64,000 nucleotides of DNA from sequence record OQ790161.1; one strand, 5' to 3'. This document shows positions 63,312-64,000 of this stretch, piece by piece. A program made the position numbers and the translations under genes. Positions within the stretch are counted from its first letter, which is position 1; each line of letters starts with the position of its first letter. Below the pieces are notes generated by a model. That model searched no databases, was not told the DNA's origin, and saw only the letters and a list, made by a program, of their open reading frames with translations.

Positions 63312-63755
63312 ATGTCCACTGCAATCGTCGAACCGCAGATCATCAACACCTACCTGAATCTGGATTTTGGTCTGACTACCCTTCAGATCGAATCAGACAC
63401 CGCCAACAAAGGCCGTTGGGAATTTGGCTTTGCCTTGGCCGGCACGCCGGAACCGACGCAAGAAGACTTCTATCTCTTCTTGCACTTTGCCGACAGCAAG
63501 TCGCCGGGTGTGACCACCATCACGCTGCCGTATCGTCTGCACGTAACCACCCTTGCCTGCCCGCACGGTGATTGCATTTATTTCGATGAGGAAATCCAGC
63601 TGGCACTGATGCACGCTGTGATGGCTGAAATCGACATGAAGCTGCGTCAGGTGTTCTACCGCCAAGCCGATCACCAGATCACCCATGCACGCTTGACCAA
63701 TATCGTCGGCGGTGAGTTTGCACGCACCCGCCGCGCTCGTTTCCTCCCGCGTTAA
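63312..63755 (+). CDS. Hypothetical protein
   Basis: 147 aa, 3 nt after the previous stop. Confidence 0.7.
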   Translation: MSTAIVEPQIINTYLNLDFGLTTLQIESDTANKGRWEFGFALAGTPEPTQEDFYLFLHFADSKSPGVTTITLPYRLHVTTLACPHGDCIYFDEEIQLALMHAVMAEIDMKLRQVFYRQADHQITHARLTNIVGGEFARTRRARFLPR

Positions 63756-63771
63756 ATAAGGAACATACTCC

Positions 63772-64000
63772 ATGTGGTTTATGCCCAGCGATATGGAAAA
63801 ATCCGCCGATCTACAAGCACTCGATCGCGTCCTCCCGTTGTTGAAGGAACACACCTCACTTTACAACATCATCGCTTCGGTGGAGTACTACCGTGGCCAG
63901 ATCGTAGCCAAGGACGCACACGTCCAGACCTTCGAGTCTCTCGAAGATGCCACCGATCGGTTGTTCTGGTTCCGTAGCCTGCGTACGTTCTTCTTCAACT
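63772..64000 (+). CDS. Hypothetical protein, truncated by the window end
   Basis: AAGGA RBS; frame MWFMPSDMEKSADLQALDRVLPLLKEH... is open to base 64000. Confidence 0.55.
   Translation, partial: MWFMPSDMEKSADLQALDRVLPLLKEHTSLYNIIASVEYYRGQIVAKDAHVQTFESLEDATDRLFWFRSLRTFFFN

Noticed and set aside
1-64000. tRNA, rRNA, CRISPR array, chimallin, major capsid or terminase genes
   Set aside because: No recognisable signatures seen by eye; a tRNAscan-SE/Infernal run would be needed to exclude small RNAs.

Overview
The window is part of a high-GC, nucleus-forming (phiKZ-like / Chimalliviridae-type) jumbo phage genome. At 1-13.3 kb is the conserved core block: ChmC-like gene, gp68-like nvRNAP subunit, PicA/Imp1-like gene, gp70-like gene, nvRNAP beta and beta' C-terminal subunits, and an SF2 helicase carrying an Ala1 (class 3) LAGLIDADG intein. 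At 15.5-44.4 kb are the DnaQ-containing subunit of a split family B DNA polymerase, a virion RNAP beta' subunit, baseplate/tail proteins and many head/inner-body proteins with S/A-x-E prohead-protease sites. At 44.6-47.6 kb is an accessory island, at 47.8-53.3 kb more virion genes, and at 53.4-64 kb nucleotide metabolism (tmk, thyA, DHH), an endolysin and many small membrane proteins. The most notable observations are (1) two tandem, highly diverged Tad1-like signal-sponge genes, (2) a probable virion-packaged R-S-E ADP-ribosyltransferase near a stand-alone SLOG protein, with a DarG-like macrodomain elsewhere, (3) a T-run slippery site giving a G/GT-like tail-chaperone architecture, (4) a duplicated-module head polyprotein, (5) a split lipoprotein plus transglutaminase-like protease, and (6) a family of CATA...TATG-flanked hairpins and a TTTC-N7-TACT-N7-TG promoter motif. 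phiKZ gene-number equivalences rest on motifs and recalled synteny, not on database searches. No tRNA, rRNA or CRISPR array was seen.
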